Shown here: one piece after another, positions 36,772 to 46,354 of the stretch
Numbering within the stretch: the stretch's first letter is position 1
How the letters are laid out: the number at the start of each line of letters is the position of its first letter
Assembly (NCBI GenBank): GCA_046290225.1
Contig: JBKAGE010000034.1
Coordinates: forward strand, 352,001 to 416,000
DNA: 64,000 nucleotides
Direction: 5' to 3'
Source of the DNA: Bradymonadia bacterium
GTDB lineage: Bacteria; Myxococcota_A; Bradymonadia; UBA7976; UBA1532
The notes under the pieces: generated by a model
What the model was told of the DNA's origin: nothing
What the model saw: the letters and a program-made list of their open reading frames with translations, nothing else
The model's database searches: none
Program-made: the position numbers and the translations under genes

Positions 36772-37880
36772 TCGTCGTCCGCGCCGCCCTTGAGCCGCTG
36801 AGCCACGCGCACGCGCTGACGGGCCTTGTAGAGATCGTGACGGTTCTCACCGGCTTCGTTCGCCGCCGCCGTGGCCTGATCACACAGCTGAAACTCCACC
36901 AACATGAAGACCACCACCCCGTGCTCGGGGTTCACCGGCACGTTGTAGCGCGCGAGCAGATCATCCACTCGGATCGGCAGGTCGACGACGAAGTTGATGA
37001 TCTTGAAGGAGTGCCCGCTGAAGTGGTTCACCGGCGCCGCCGTCGCCGAGCGGGGCAGCGGGCCCTGAGCTTCGGGGAACTGCATCACCTTGAGGAACCG
37101 CTTCATCTGCGGATCGGCGGCGATGGTCCGGTGCAGGTCGATGAGGCCATTTCGAGAGGCCCCAGGCACCACATAGTTGAAGGGGAACAGCTCGGTGCTC
37201 AAGTAGACCAGGGCTTCGAAGAGATCGTCGAGGCTGTCGGTGATCACCCTGAACCGGATGCGATCGTGCAGCTGCACCGCGTGGCTCTCGGACTGCACGA
37301 GCAGCTTGGTGATCATCGAGTCTACGGTCTTGCGACTGCCGGCGAACTCGGCGACCCGCACACCTCGGGCCTTGAGGCCGTCGAGGGCGGTGAAGACCTT
37401 GTTCTCGATGCGTTGGTACAGCTCTGCAGCGGAGACTGGCAGGGTGAACAACAGCTCCCTGCCCTGCAGATGATGGAACACGTGCATGACCTTGAGGATC
37501 CGGCACGCCTGCCTCTGGGCAGGGCTGTCCGGGCCGCTGGCCATCAAAAACAGGCCCTTGACGTTCTCCAGCTGGGTGAGAGCCGCGGTGAGATCGAACT
37601 CGAAGTAGCGATCGAGGTACTCGACGGCCTGGGTAAAGATGTGGCCCACCCGCTGTTGATCGATGGGATCACCCGGGTCGAACCCCTGCAGTCTCAGCAA
37701 GCGGTCCACCTCGGCCTCGCTGCGCAGCGAAAGCCGGCGCCAGTCCACCACGGAGTTGCCTTCGAGGAGCAATCTGAGTTGCTCGAGCTCTTGTAACCCG
37801 GTGCTCAAGAGGCCATGCTCTTCGAAGCTCGCGTTCAGGTGCACTTCGAAATCTGCGGGGCCCTCTTCAACCTGGGTCAT
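36762..37880 (-). CDS. TIGR04552-like protein (putative nucleotidyltransferase fold)
   Basis: GNSVVDWRRL, CRILKVMHV, K..DSMITKLL, HDRIRFRVIT, FKIINFVVDLPIRVD, VEFQL and H.LYKARQ. Confidence 0.75.
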   Translation of the reverse strand: MTQVEEGPADFEVHLNASFEEHGLLSTGLQELEQLRLLLEGNSVVDWRRLSLRSEAEVDRLLRLQGFDPGDPIDQQRVGHIFTQAVEYLDRYFEFDLTAALTQLENVKGLFLMASGPDSPAQRQACRILKVMHVFHHLQGRELLFTLPVSAAELYQRIENKVFTALDGLKARGVRVAEFAGSRKTVDSMITKLLVQSESHAVQLHDRIRFRVITDSLDDLFEALVYLSTELFPFNYVVPGASRNGLIDLHRTIAADPQMKRFLKVMQFPEAQGPLPRSATAAPVNHFSGHSFKIINFVVDLPIRVDDLLARYNVPVNPEHGVVVFMLVEFQLCDQATAAANEAGENRHDLYKARQRVRVAQRLKGGADDDQG

Positions 37881-37939
37881 CGTTCACTCGCGCTGTGGGG
37901 ACTGGGAAGGCGTTAACCTCGACCACAACGCCAGGAATT

Positions 37940-38098
37940 TCAACCCCTGGAAGTTCCGCGGTCGATGCCCAGTGTACCACCGAGCAGAGCAACGCTGGTG
38001 GCCATGATGGCCAGGTTGCCCAGAACGATGGCAGCGGGGGTGCCCGCGACGACGGCGGTGAGTGCCCCTGCCCCACCGAAAATGGCCAATGCCTTCAT
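37940..38098 (-). CDS. 52-aa hydrophobic Gly/Ala-rich small protein (not in the supplied ORF track)
   Basis: AGGAGG RBS 6 nt before ATG. Translates as MKALAIFGGAGALTAVVAGTPAAIVLGNLAIMATSVALLGGTLGIDRGTSRG. Confidence 0.6.
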   Translation of the reverse strand: MKALAIFGGAGALTAVVAGTPAAIVLGNLAIMATSVALLGGTLGIDRGTSRG

Positions 38099-38227
38099 GT
38101 TTGCCCTCCTGAAAACGACTTACACCTACAACAGAACACCTGAAACCACCTTGTCCCCTTATGGTGCGGGCGTCAAAAAAATCGCCGACCCCTTGGAACG
38201 ACGTGTGTGTTCGCCGAGAGCCCTTTG

Positions 38228-39532
38228 ATGTCGCAGATTCTCACCGAGCCCCCCTGGGCCACCCGCGCCCTGAGCAATGGACTCACTGCCGTGGCGGTAC
38301 AGCGCCCTGGCGCCCGCAGCGCCCACTTGAACGTGGCGGTCCGTCTGGGGGTGCGCTTCGAAGCTCCAGAAGACAACGGACTGTCGCACTTTCTCGAGCA
38401 CGCCTTGTTCCTGGGCTGTGAGGGCTACCCGAACGCCGACGCGGTGAACGAGGCCGCGGAGCGGATGGGGGAAGTCATCGAGGCGTCCACAGGCCGTGAC
38501 ACAGTGCAGTTCGAGCACACTCTGGCCCCAAGCCGACTGAGGGCGGGGCTCGATCTCATGGCGGCCATGCTCACGGCGCCCCGGTTCGAAGGCCTCGAGC
38601 CCGAGCGGGCCATCATCCTCGAAGAAGCCCTGGACGAGCTCGACGATCGTGGTCGGCTCATCGACGCCGACACGCTGTCACGCATGGATCTCTGGCCAGG
38701 GATCTCCATGGGCCAGCGCATCATCGGCCCGGAGTCGAACATCGAGCGCTTCGATCTCGATGATCTCCACCGGATGCATCGCCGCCACTTCCAGGGGCCG
38801 AACATGGTGGTGACTGTGGTGGCCGACGCGGATCCGCAGATCCTGCTCGACGACATCGAGGCGGCCTTCTCGAAATTGCCCGGCGGCGACGCCCGCGCGC
38901 TCACGCCTCTGCCCGAATTCGCCGCGGGTCCCCTCCTCCGTCAGGTCCCGGACAGTGGTAGCCAAGTGGAATGCCGCCTGGCCTTTCGCACCCCAGGCTT
39001 TAGACACCCCGACGCGCCGATCATCGACATGATCAAGCGCATCCTCGATGACGGCATGGCAAGTCGGATCCAGAGGCGTCTGGGCAATGACCTGGGCCTG
39101 GCGTACGACCAGTGGGCCGCCTGGGATCGATACCCTGACACCGGGGCCTTCGAGATCGGCGCCACGGTGAGCCCGGGCAAGGCGATCACCCTCGTGAAGG
39201 AAGCTTACGCCCTGCTGGAGGGCCTCGTGACTGATCCACCCGACGATGCCGAGCTGTCACGGGTGCGGTTCAGAGCCCAGTGGGCGGCGGAGACCGGCGG
39301 TGAGCACGGGGAAGTCCTCGCAGCGCGGTACGGCACTCGACGTCTCTACTGGCCCGACGCCCGGCCAGTGGCCGAGCGCCTCGCGGCTCAACTCGATGTC
39401 AGTGCCGAAGACATCGCCCGGGTGGCGGCTTCGCTCTTTCAGGGCAAAAACCACGTGGCCTGTGTGGTGGGCGATCTGAGCCGCCCCGCTGGGCGCACGC
39501 TCGAACGCACGGTGGCCGCCTTTGGCCGCTGA
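38228..39532 (+). CDS. M16 (pitrilysin-family) zinc peptidase
   Basis: GLSHFLEHALF (HxxEH), ERAIILEE and a second M16_C half (SRIQRRL...GLAY). Confidence 0.92.
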   Translation: MSQILTEPPWATRALSNGLTAVAVQRPGARSAHLNVAVRLGVRFEAPEDNGLSHFLEHALFLGCEGYPNADAVNEAAERMGEVIEASTGRDTVQFEHTLAPSRLRAGLDLMAAMLTAPRFEGLEPERAIILEEALDELDDRGRLIDADTLSRMDLWPGISMGQRIIGPESNIERFDLDDLHRMHRRHFQGPNMVVTVVADADPQILLDDIEAAFSKLPGGDARALTPLPEFAAGPLLRQVPDSGSQVECRLAFRTPGFRHPDAPIIDMIKRILDDGMASRIQRRLGNDLGLAYDQWAAWDRYPDTGAFEIGATVSPGKAITLVKEAYALLEGLVTDPPDDAELSRVRFRAQWAAETGGEHGEVLAARYGTRRLYWPDARPVAERLAAQLDVSAEDIARVAASLFQGKNHVACVVGDLSRPAGRTLERTVAAFGR

Positions 39533-39696
39533 CGATGGGCTCGGGCCACATCAGCGTCTCGTTTCGCTTGGCGAAGCATGATTCACCGACGCCTGTGAGC
39601 GGAGCTGAATCGACATCTGCACAAAAAAACCTGTCGTGGCTCTGCCCGCGTCGTCGCCTCTGCAGTTGAAACACCACTCAACTCGAGGAGACGATC

Positions 39697-40542
39697 ATGC
39701 ACCACTTCACCCTGCTCACCACCCGCACCTGCCTCATCGCTCTGTTGGCCTCTCTGACCCTCACGGGCTGCCCCACGGGTGACGATGGTCCTGCTCCGGA
39801 GGACCAGGCTGACATGTCTGGTGAAACAGGGGGCGCCGAAGCGCCCTCTGAGAACCCTGACGGTCGAGCACCTGCAGACGGCCTCGACGAAGCCCCTGCT
39901 CAGAGCGAAGTCGACGTTCTCGACCCAGAGGGGATCTCCGCCGATGACCTCACGAGGCCCGGCCCTGAAGAGGAAAGCCCTGAAGAAGAGAGTCCTGACG
40001 TCGAAGCTGATCCTGAAGAAGGTCCTCAAGCAAGCGAGACTCCAGAACGCGACCCTCAGGCAGGGACGCCGCGGGAGGAAGTCGATCCCCTGGCCTGTGA
40101 TCAGGCCTGTGCCGACGAAGCTCAGGCGTACTACACCGACTGCATCGGCTGGGGCTTCTCAGAAGAGGTCTGCAGCGCCCGGGCTGGCTCCATGGCTCGA
40201 CAGTGCATCGTCGATCAATGTCGGGACGACGAAGAGGTAGAGGAGACGCCCGAAGAAGCTGATTACGAGGCCTGTATGGATCGCTGCACTGACCGAGGCG
40301 GCTCTGCCCGCCAGTGCCATGAGATTTGCACCGAGCCTTTGGAGCGCGAGATGGCCGACCCTCGCGAAGACGAGGAGGACGGCCCCACCTGCGCCGAGAC
40401 CTGTGAGGCCGAGGCCCTCGAGGTCTACGAGGCCTGTATGGATCGCCACGATGACGAGCAGGGTTGTCGGGATCGCGCTCGGCGGACTCAGCAGCGATGC
40501 GTCGCCGAAGAGTGCACTGAGCGGGTGATCATCGCCGAGTGA
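39697..40542 (+). CDS. Acidic Cys-rich lipoprotein (repeated C-x3-C helical motifs)
   Basis: GAGGAG RBS, lipobox LTGC, an E/D/P-rich linker and repeated YEACMDR / C..AC..EA units. Confidence 0.75.
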   Translation: MHHFTLLTTRTCLIALLASLTLTGCPTGDDGPAPEDQADMSGETGGAEAPSENPDGRAPADGLDEAPAQSEVDVLDPEGISADDLTRPGPEEESPEEESPDVEADPEEGPQASETPERDPQAGTPREEVDPLACDQACADEAQAYYTDCIGWGFSEEVCSARAGSMARQCIVDQCRDDEEVEETPEEADYEACMDRCTDRGGSARQCHEICTEPLEREMADPREDEEDGPTCAETCEAEALEVYEACMDRHDDEQGCRDRARRTQQRCVAEECTERVIIAE

Positions 40543-40551
40543 CACCCCAGG

Positions 40552-41214
40552 TTATGGCCCCAGGCCTACCCAGACCGACCCGTCCGCACGGATCTCCTTC
40601 TTGAAGATGGGCACGTCTTCTTTGAGCCGGTCGATGATGAACTGACAGGCCGCAAAGGCCTCACGCCGGTGCGGTGTGCTCACCGACACCACCACTGCAG
40701 CTTCACCCACGGGCAAGACACCCAGCCGATGATGCAGGGCGATGCGGGCGCCGGGCCACTGCCCCAGGGCCTCTTCACAAATGCCTTGCATCACCTTCAC
40801 CGCCATGGGGCGGTAGGCCTCGTACTCCAGCCGCACCACCTGATGCTCGCCGGTGTGATCGCGCACACGGCCAGTGAACGTCACCAGACCTCCACGATCG
40901 GGGGCATTCACGAGGTGCTCTACGCCTTGTGGATCGAGCGGCTCGTCCGTGAGCAGGACCTCGGGGCGGCCTCCAGAGACCGGTGGAATCATGGCCACAG
41001 TGGCCTCGGCAGAGAGCCTCTGCTGATGGTCGAGGACAAAGGCCTCGTCCACCGCCCACCTCACGTGAGGGTGCAACGGCGCCAATGCAGGGTGCCGGGC
41101 ATAGATCGACTCGATGAGCTCCGCGAGCGTAGCGCCCTCGGCGAGGGTGTAGGCCTCCTCGTCGAGGCCAGCCCGCTCCCGGGCGATGGCGAAGTAGAGC
41201 ACGGTGATGGCCAT
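40552..41214 (-). CDS. moaX: Fused molybdopterin synthase MoaD-MoaE (MoaX-type)
   Basis: MoaD part (VLYFA..RE...PPVSGG) runs in frame into MoaE (F.GRVRD, LEYEAY, HRLG.L.VGE, HRREAF, LKEDVPIFKKE). Confidence 0.88.
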   Translation of the reverse strand: MAITVLYFAIARERAGLDEEAYTLAEGATLAELIESIYARHPALAPLHPHVRWAVDEAFVLDHQQRLSAEATVAMIPPVSGGRPEVLLTDEPLDPQGVEHLVNAPDRGGLVTFTGRVRDHTGEHQVVRLEYEAYRPMAVKVMQGICEEALGQWPGARIALHHRLGVLPVGEAAVVVSVSTPHRREAFAACQFIIDRLKEDVPIFKKEIRADGSVWVGLGP

Positions 41215-41363
41215 GAAGCGCCTTCCTGGACGAGATCGCTTGAGCGAGACGAGCGCAGAAGGGTAAGAGTATCCGCTGGCCGCCAGCAACCCGCTTTGAT
41301 GTCTCCACCATCGCGAGGGCATGTCGGCCCACCGATTTTCATCCACGCCCCAGGAGCCCTGCT

Positions 41364-44126
41364 TTGAGCTCGACCCTGAAACGCCTCCACCTTTATGCCC
41401 TCTGTGCCTTGTCCCCAGCTGCCTTCACTGCCTGTGACGACGGTGGCGGAAGTGGAGATCCCGGAGAGGCGGCGGACATGGCTGTGGGTGGAGCTGTGGG
41501 TGGAGCCGGTGGTGGCGCTGGCGGCGCCGGCGGCACCATGCGCGTGGGCAAGCTGCCCTGTGATGGCAGTGCCACAGGTACGGTGGGCGCCGACGGCCTT
41601 CAGCTCACGGTGGATGAAGGGGCGCTCTCCGGTGCACAGCTCAACATCCCCGAAGGGGCACTGCCCGAGGGCACCGAGATCACCTTAGGGTGTGGTGAGC
41701 AGGCGCTGCTCCGCGAGGGCTACACCCCCTTGGGGCCCAGCATCTCCATCACCACGCCAGAGCCGGGGCTGCTCACGGGCCACGCCGACATCACCCTGGT
41801 CTTCGCCCCCGAGGATCGCCCCGAGCGCATCAAGGGGCGCCATGTGCGGCTGTTCTGGCAGCCCGACAACTACCCCTACATCGCCGAGCCGCCGGTGATG
41901 AACCCCAAGGCCGATCTTGAGGGGGGCACCTTCTCGCTGCGCACGCCCGGTCTCGGTCAGTTCCAGCTGGGCTACGACGAGGTGGCCGGTACCCCGGAGA
42001 CCTTCGAGTTCACCTTCCGGGCCATTGGCGGCATCAGCATGGGCGGCGCCGGCTCGGCCTACATGGGCACCCGCTACGGCGACGTCTTCGATACGGTGCT
42101 GCCTCTCGGCGGGCCCACGGACTGGCGTTACCTGCTCTGGTACATCAGCGAGCGCCTGCTCGGCGGCTTCTGCGCCCATGATCAGGGAGACGGCCTCGGT
42201 GCCTGGTGTGGCCCCCCCGGACCTTCTGATCCCTTGGAGCACGACGGCGTGTCGATGCTCAACTGGTACTTTGATGACTCTGGGGGCTCCTTCGATCGCG
42301 ACTCCTACCTGAGCATCTTCCACGATCTGGCCTACGCCTACGGGAACCCGATCCTGTACAACCCGGCGAGCCCCTACTTGCCTCCGGGCATGCCCGAAGA
42401 GTGGCTCAAGCTGCCCAACGAAGTCCGCTGCGCCCCAGAGTGTCGTGGTGACGATTGCCCCCCAGTCGATCTGCCCTTCTCCATCCCCGACGGGTTCTAC
42501 GACGACGAGTTCAACCCCGACGGCACGCTCCCGGTCATCCCCTTCTGCGATGGTGAGGATGGTGAGCCTCTGGGCTTCTTCGACGGCGAGGCGGCCCACA
42601 ACGAGCCCGTCGAAGTGACCTATGCGGTGGACCTCAACGGCAACGGCCGCCGAGACGAGTTCGAGCCGGTGATCCGCAATCTGTCGGAGCCCTATGAAGA
42701 TGTCGGCTGTGATGGGATCCCCAGCACCGAAGAGGCGGGCTACGATCCGGTGAGCAACCCTGATCCCGCCGGCGACGACTACCACTGGTACCGGAACCCC
42801 ACAGGCACCGAGAACAGCTGGCTGTACGACGACTGTGGCGATGAAGGCGCCGAGCCCTACGAAGACGTGGGCCTCGACGGGGTGCCCGACACGCCGAGCT
42901 TCGACGAGGGCGGCTACGACTGGGGCCAGGGCAATGGGGTCTTCGACTACAACCCCAACGTGGCCCGTATGCTCGAGCGCAACCCCGCGGCGCAGTATCA
43001 GGCCCTGCCCGACCAGGAACGCCGCCGCATGCGCTTCTGGAACGATGGCGGTATCCGCGACATCTTCAACCTCGGCGTGGCCCACAGCCACTTCATGGGT
43101 CAGGTGCAGTCCACCGGTGAGAATGTGCGCATCTACGAAGGGTTCCCTGCCCTGCTGCCCACCGACGCCGAGACCTACACCCCCTCGGATGACTTGCCTG
43201 ATCCCTTCGGTGACGCCGGCACTCACGTACTGATCCGCTACGGCAACCCCGACGCCACCCCTGCCGAGCTCGAAGAGGGCGACGGGAAGCACGTGGGCAG
43301 CGTGGCCGAGGCCCTCAACCGCTTCATCACCATGCTCGACTGGCTGCATCATCGCTGGCCTGACGGCAACTTCGACCGCGTCCGTGGCCTCGCCCGTGAC
43401 GACGACCTGGTCTTCTTCGACTCCGAGCGCCTCGGGAAGCAGTACCGCTTCTCCATCAGCCTGCCCGCAGGATACTTCGCCGAGGAGAACGCCGATGTGC
43501 GCTACCCGGTCATGGTCCTGATGCACGGCTATGGCCAGTCCCCTGGTGATCTCGATATTGCAGGGCTGCTGGCTTCGACCAACGCCGCCCGGGGCCTGTG
43601 GCAGAAGTCGATTCTGCTGTACCCCGAGGGCTTCTGCGGCAAGGCCAGCCAGTATCAGTGCAATGACGGGGTGGACAACGACGGTGACGGTTTCGTGGAC
43701 TCGGGGAACGACATCGCTCTCCGGGTGGCCTGTGAAGGTGATGACGACTGCAGCCGGGACTACACCTGCCGCAACGACTTCTGTTGCCCACCCGACTGGC
43801 CTGATTGTGGTCCGCCTGATCCGGAGTGTGGCGACAACAGCGAGGGCCGCAGCGAGGCCGGTGATCCCGAGATGGTGCTCTGCGCTGACGGGGTGGACAA
43901 CGATCTCGACGGCTTGATCGACCTCGACGACGCCGGGTGCATGGGCCTGACCACGCTGGACACAGAGGAAGACTGCAAACGGGGCAACTTCTACACCGAC
44001 CACCCCTCGGCGAAAGATGGCTCCACCCCCGGGCCTGACTATGAGGGCGCCGTGCTCGACATGCTGGAGTACGTCGACGAGAACTACCGCACCCGCGCCC
44101 CGGAGACCCTCACCATCGTTCGATGA
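41364..44126 (+). CDS. Large lipoprotein with a circularly permuted alpha/beta-hydrolase (esterase) and Asp/Cys-rich inserts
   Basis: Lipobox FTAC. RAIGGISMGG, DGGIRD and GKH occur before YPVMVLMHGYG and DMLEYVDENYRT. Contains C.DG.DND.DG..D repeats. Confidence 0.75.
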   Translation: MSSTLKRLHLYALCALSPAAFTACDDGGGSGDPGEAADMAVGGAVGGAGGGAGGAGGTMRVGKLPCDGSATGTVGADGLQLTVDEGALSGAQLNIPEGALPEGTEITLGCGEQALLREGYTPLGPSISITTPEPGLLTGHADITLVFAPEDRPERIKGRHVRLFWQPDNYPYIAEPPVMNPKADLEGGTFSLRTPGLGQFQLGYDEVAGTPETFEFTFRAIGGISMGGAGSAYMGTRYGDVFDTVLPLGGPTDWRYLLWYISERLLGGFCAHDQGDGLGAWCGPPGPSDPLEHDGVSMLNWYFDDSGGSFDRDSYLSIFHDLAYAYGNPILYNPASPYLPPGMPEEWLKLPNEVRCAPECRGDDCPPVDLPFSIPDGFYDDEFNPDGTLPVIPFCDGEDGEPLGFFDGEAAHNEPVEVTYAVDLNGNGRRDEFEPVIRNLSEPYEDVGCDGIPSTEEAGYDPVSNPDPAGDDYHWYRNPTGTENSWLYDDCGDEGAEPYEDVGLDGVPDTPSFDEGGYDWGQGNGVFDYNPNVARMLERNPAAQYQALPDQERRRMRFWNDGGIRDIFNLGVAHSHFMGQVQSTGENVRIYEGFPALLPTDAETYTPSDDLPDPFGDAGTHVLIRYGNPDATPAELEEGDGKHVGSVAEALNRFITMLDWLHHRWPDGNFDRVRGLARDDDLVFFDSERLGKQYRFSISLPAGYFAEENADVRYPVMVLMHGYGQSPGDLDIAGLLASTNAARGLWQKSILLYPEGFCGKASQYQCNDGVDNDGDGFVDSGNDIALRVACEGDDDCSRDYTCRNDFCCPPDWPDCGPPDPECGDNSEGRSEAGDPEMVLCADGVDNDLDGLIDLDDAGCMGLTTLDTEEDCKRGNFYTDHPSAKDGSTPGPDYEGAVLDMLEYVDENYRTRAPETLTIVR

Positions 44127-44282
44127 CACTTTTGTGCATCGAACGATGCATAAACTGGGGCTTCTTCGATCTCGCCGTGAACCCCACCGGCATCACCTTG
44201 CCACACTGGGAGAGCCGGCTCGTACCCTCAGTCGAGATGAGCGCCGGCCGGGCATTTTGACCCAGCGTTGCAGAGTGCACGA

Positions 44283-44669
44283 TCAGTGCTGAAGCTGCTG
44301 GTGAGACCAGGCGATGATCAGCTCGGCGTCCATCATGGGGGTCAATGGCTCGGGCAGAGGCATCTTGAACCCTGCCTCGGGGCGCCCTCGAGCGGCGAGA
44401 CGCCAAGCCGCCTCTCGCACAGCGACGTCTTGCACAGTCTCGTCGTCCGCGAGGGCGTTGAGGTGGTGCATGAAGTTGCGCCCGTACCCTTCGAGCGGAG
44501 CCCCGCGGTCCGCCATTGCCAGCAGCCAGCCCTTGAGAGCCATGCCCGCAGCCCGGCGCGAGCCGACTCGGGCCTTGCCGAGGTTCCCCTCGGCGTAGGC
44601 GTTGTGGGCCCCCTTGATCTCCGGCTCCACTACGGCGAACCAGCCCTCTGAAGTCTCCGGTTGTGTCAC
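44283..44669 (-). CDS. Hypothetical protein (helical, possibly HEPN-like)
   Basis: GTG start overlaps the trmL stop. Contains an EGNLGKARV.SRRAAG motif. Confidence 0.55.
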   Translation of the reverse strand: MTQPETSEGWFAVVEPEIKGAHNAYAEGNLGKARVGSRRAAGMALKGWLLAMADRGAPLEGYGRNFMHHLNALADDETVQDVAVREAAWRLAARGRPEAGFKMPLPEPLTPMMDAELIIAWSHQQLQH

Positions 44670-45130
44670 GACGTCTGATCTCCTCGCGTGCGTCGGTTGA
44701 TCTGGCCACGGGCCTCGAAGAGGGCGATGGCGGCACACTGAGCCAGATTCAAACTGCGCACGTTGGGATTCTTGAAAGGGATCCGTACACACCGCTCCGG
44801 GTGAGCGGCGATCAGCTCTTTGGGCAGCCCCACACTCTCGCGACCCAGTACCAGGGCGTCTCCAGGCTGATACTCCACCTCGTCAAAACGCTGCTCGGTG
44901 TGGGTGGTGAACAGCCAGAACCTGCCCTCTCCGAGGGCCTCTTCCACCGACTGCACCACGCTGAGTTTGATCCAAGGCCAGTAGTCGAGGCCTGCGCGCT
45001 TCAGATATTTGTCCTCGAGGCTGAAGCCGAGGGGCTCCACGAGGGTGAGCGGGGTCTCGGTGGCGGCACAGAGCCGGCCGATGCTGCCGGTGTTGGGGGG
45101 AATCTCGGGTTCGACGAGCACAATGCGCAT
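44666..45130 (-). CDS. trmL: tRNA (cytidine/uridine-34 2'-O)-methyltransferase
   Basis: PEIPPNTGSIGRLC, LKRAGLDYW, GRESVGLP and VRSLNLA. Confidence 0.96.
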   Translation of the reverse strand: MRIVLVEPEIPPNTGSIGRLCAATETPLTLVEPLGFSLEDKYLKRAGLDYWPWIKLSVVQSVEEALGEGRFWLFTTHTEQRFDEVEYQPGDALVLGRESVGLPKELIAAHPERCVRIPFKNPNVRSLNLAQCAAIALFEARGQINRRTRGDQTS

Positions 45131-45240
45131 GGCGGCCTCCTCAGTTGAAGGCCGCCATCGTGCACCCTTTGTCTTGTCTTGGCCAGCAGGGTGAGTGGCT
45201 GTGCTGTTCAGAGGTGATGTTGCTCAGGGACTGATGTTGC

Positions 45241-46122
45241 TCAGGGGCTGACGTAGCTCGCGGGCTCGCAATCCTGACCCGCAGCGTTGAGGCCGGCGAT
45301 GACGTCGGCAAACTCTTCGAGGTCCATGCCCATCTCACTGGCGAGGTGCTCACTGCCACCAAGGATCCAGTGGGCGGTGTCCGCCAGCGCACCGACGGAG
45401 TACCCCGCGAGCGGGCCAGAGGCGATCTTGATGTCGGCGAAGGGCATGGTGCCGAGCTTGCCAGCCTCGTTGAGGGCGATGTTGGTCTCAAGGACCGCGA
45501 GCTCTACAGCGAGGCGGTTGGCCTCGCTGGCCCGAGGATTCTGCACCGAGTGCCGGATCGCTTCAGACTTGCCGCCAGCAGGCATGGCCTGCATGAAGGC
45601 CTCGAAGCTGGTGAATTCGAAGTTCACCCCGCGGGTGACCTTGAAGCCGTCGGGGTAAAGCATGTCGAAGTGCTCGCTGAGCACACAGGCCGCGTTCTCG
45701 TGGCTGGAGCAGCCTTCCTTGTACTCGAACTGGGTGAACGTGCAGATGTCTCCGTAGATGAGCGACGCCGGGCCGGTGTCGTCCCCGTGAGTGGGCGGCT
45801 CGGTCTCCCAGCTGGGGTACTCCTCGATGGGCGAAAAGCCGTCACCGAGCTCGCCATTGGTGAGGCGCCACTGATGCTCGAACAGCGACTCGGGCGCTGC
45901 CTCGAAGTCGGCGGCGGTGACTGTGCGCGCTGCGATCTCCCCCTCGAACTGGCCATGGTGATCGACGACTGCCTCGAGGGTGAGGCTGGTGTCCACCTGC
46001 TCTACGAGGGTGAGATCTCCTTCGGGGTAGAGGCCGACGAGCTCTTCGTCATTGGCCTCGCCACAGGCAGTGAAGGTCAGGGCGGCGGCGCAGACGAGCA
46101 AATTGGTGTTCAGAGTGTTCAT
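45241..46122 (-). CDS. Acidic lipoprotein, hypothetical
   Basis: Lipobox FTAC and GC3-biased codons. Confidence 0.65.
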   Translation of the reverse strand: MNTLNTNLLVCAAALTFTACGEANDEELVGLYPEGDLTLVEQVDTSLTLEAVVDHHGQFEGEIAARTVTAADFEAAPESLFEHQWRLTNGELGDGFSPIEEYPSWETEPPTHGDDTGPASLIYGDICTFTQFEYKEGCSSHENAACVLSEHFDMLYPDGFKVTRGVNFEFTSFEAFMQAMPAGGKSEAIRHSVQNPRASEANRLAVELAVLETNIALNEAGKLGTMPFADIKIASGPLAGYSVGALADTAHWILGGSEHLASEMGMDLEEFADVIAGLNAAGQDCEPASYVSP

Positions 46123-46354
46123 GATGTTCACCTTGATTTTGGGGTTGGTCTTCGCGGCCGTCTCAACCCACGACCGCTCCATGCATCCCCATCAACGGCA
46201 GAACGAGTAGAACCTTAAGAAGGCAAACCCTAGAAACCCTGGAGGCGGGTCTTTGAACACCCATGGGCATTAGAGGCAAGCCAGTGCTTCTTCATTCGAG
46301 TCATCTTGGAGTGACCGAATCTGCACCGGAAATGTGTCAGAGGAAGTTGGCGGG

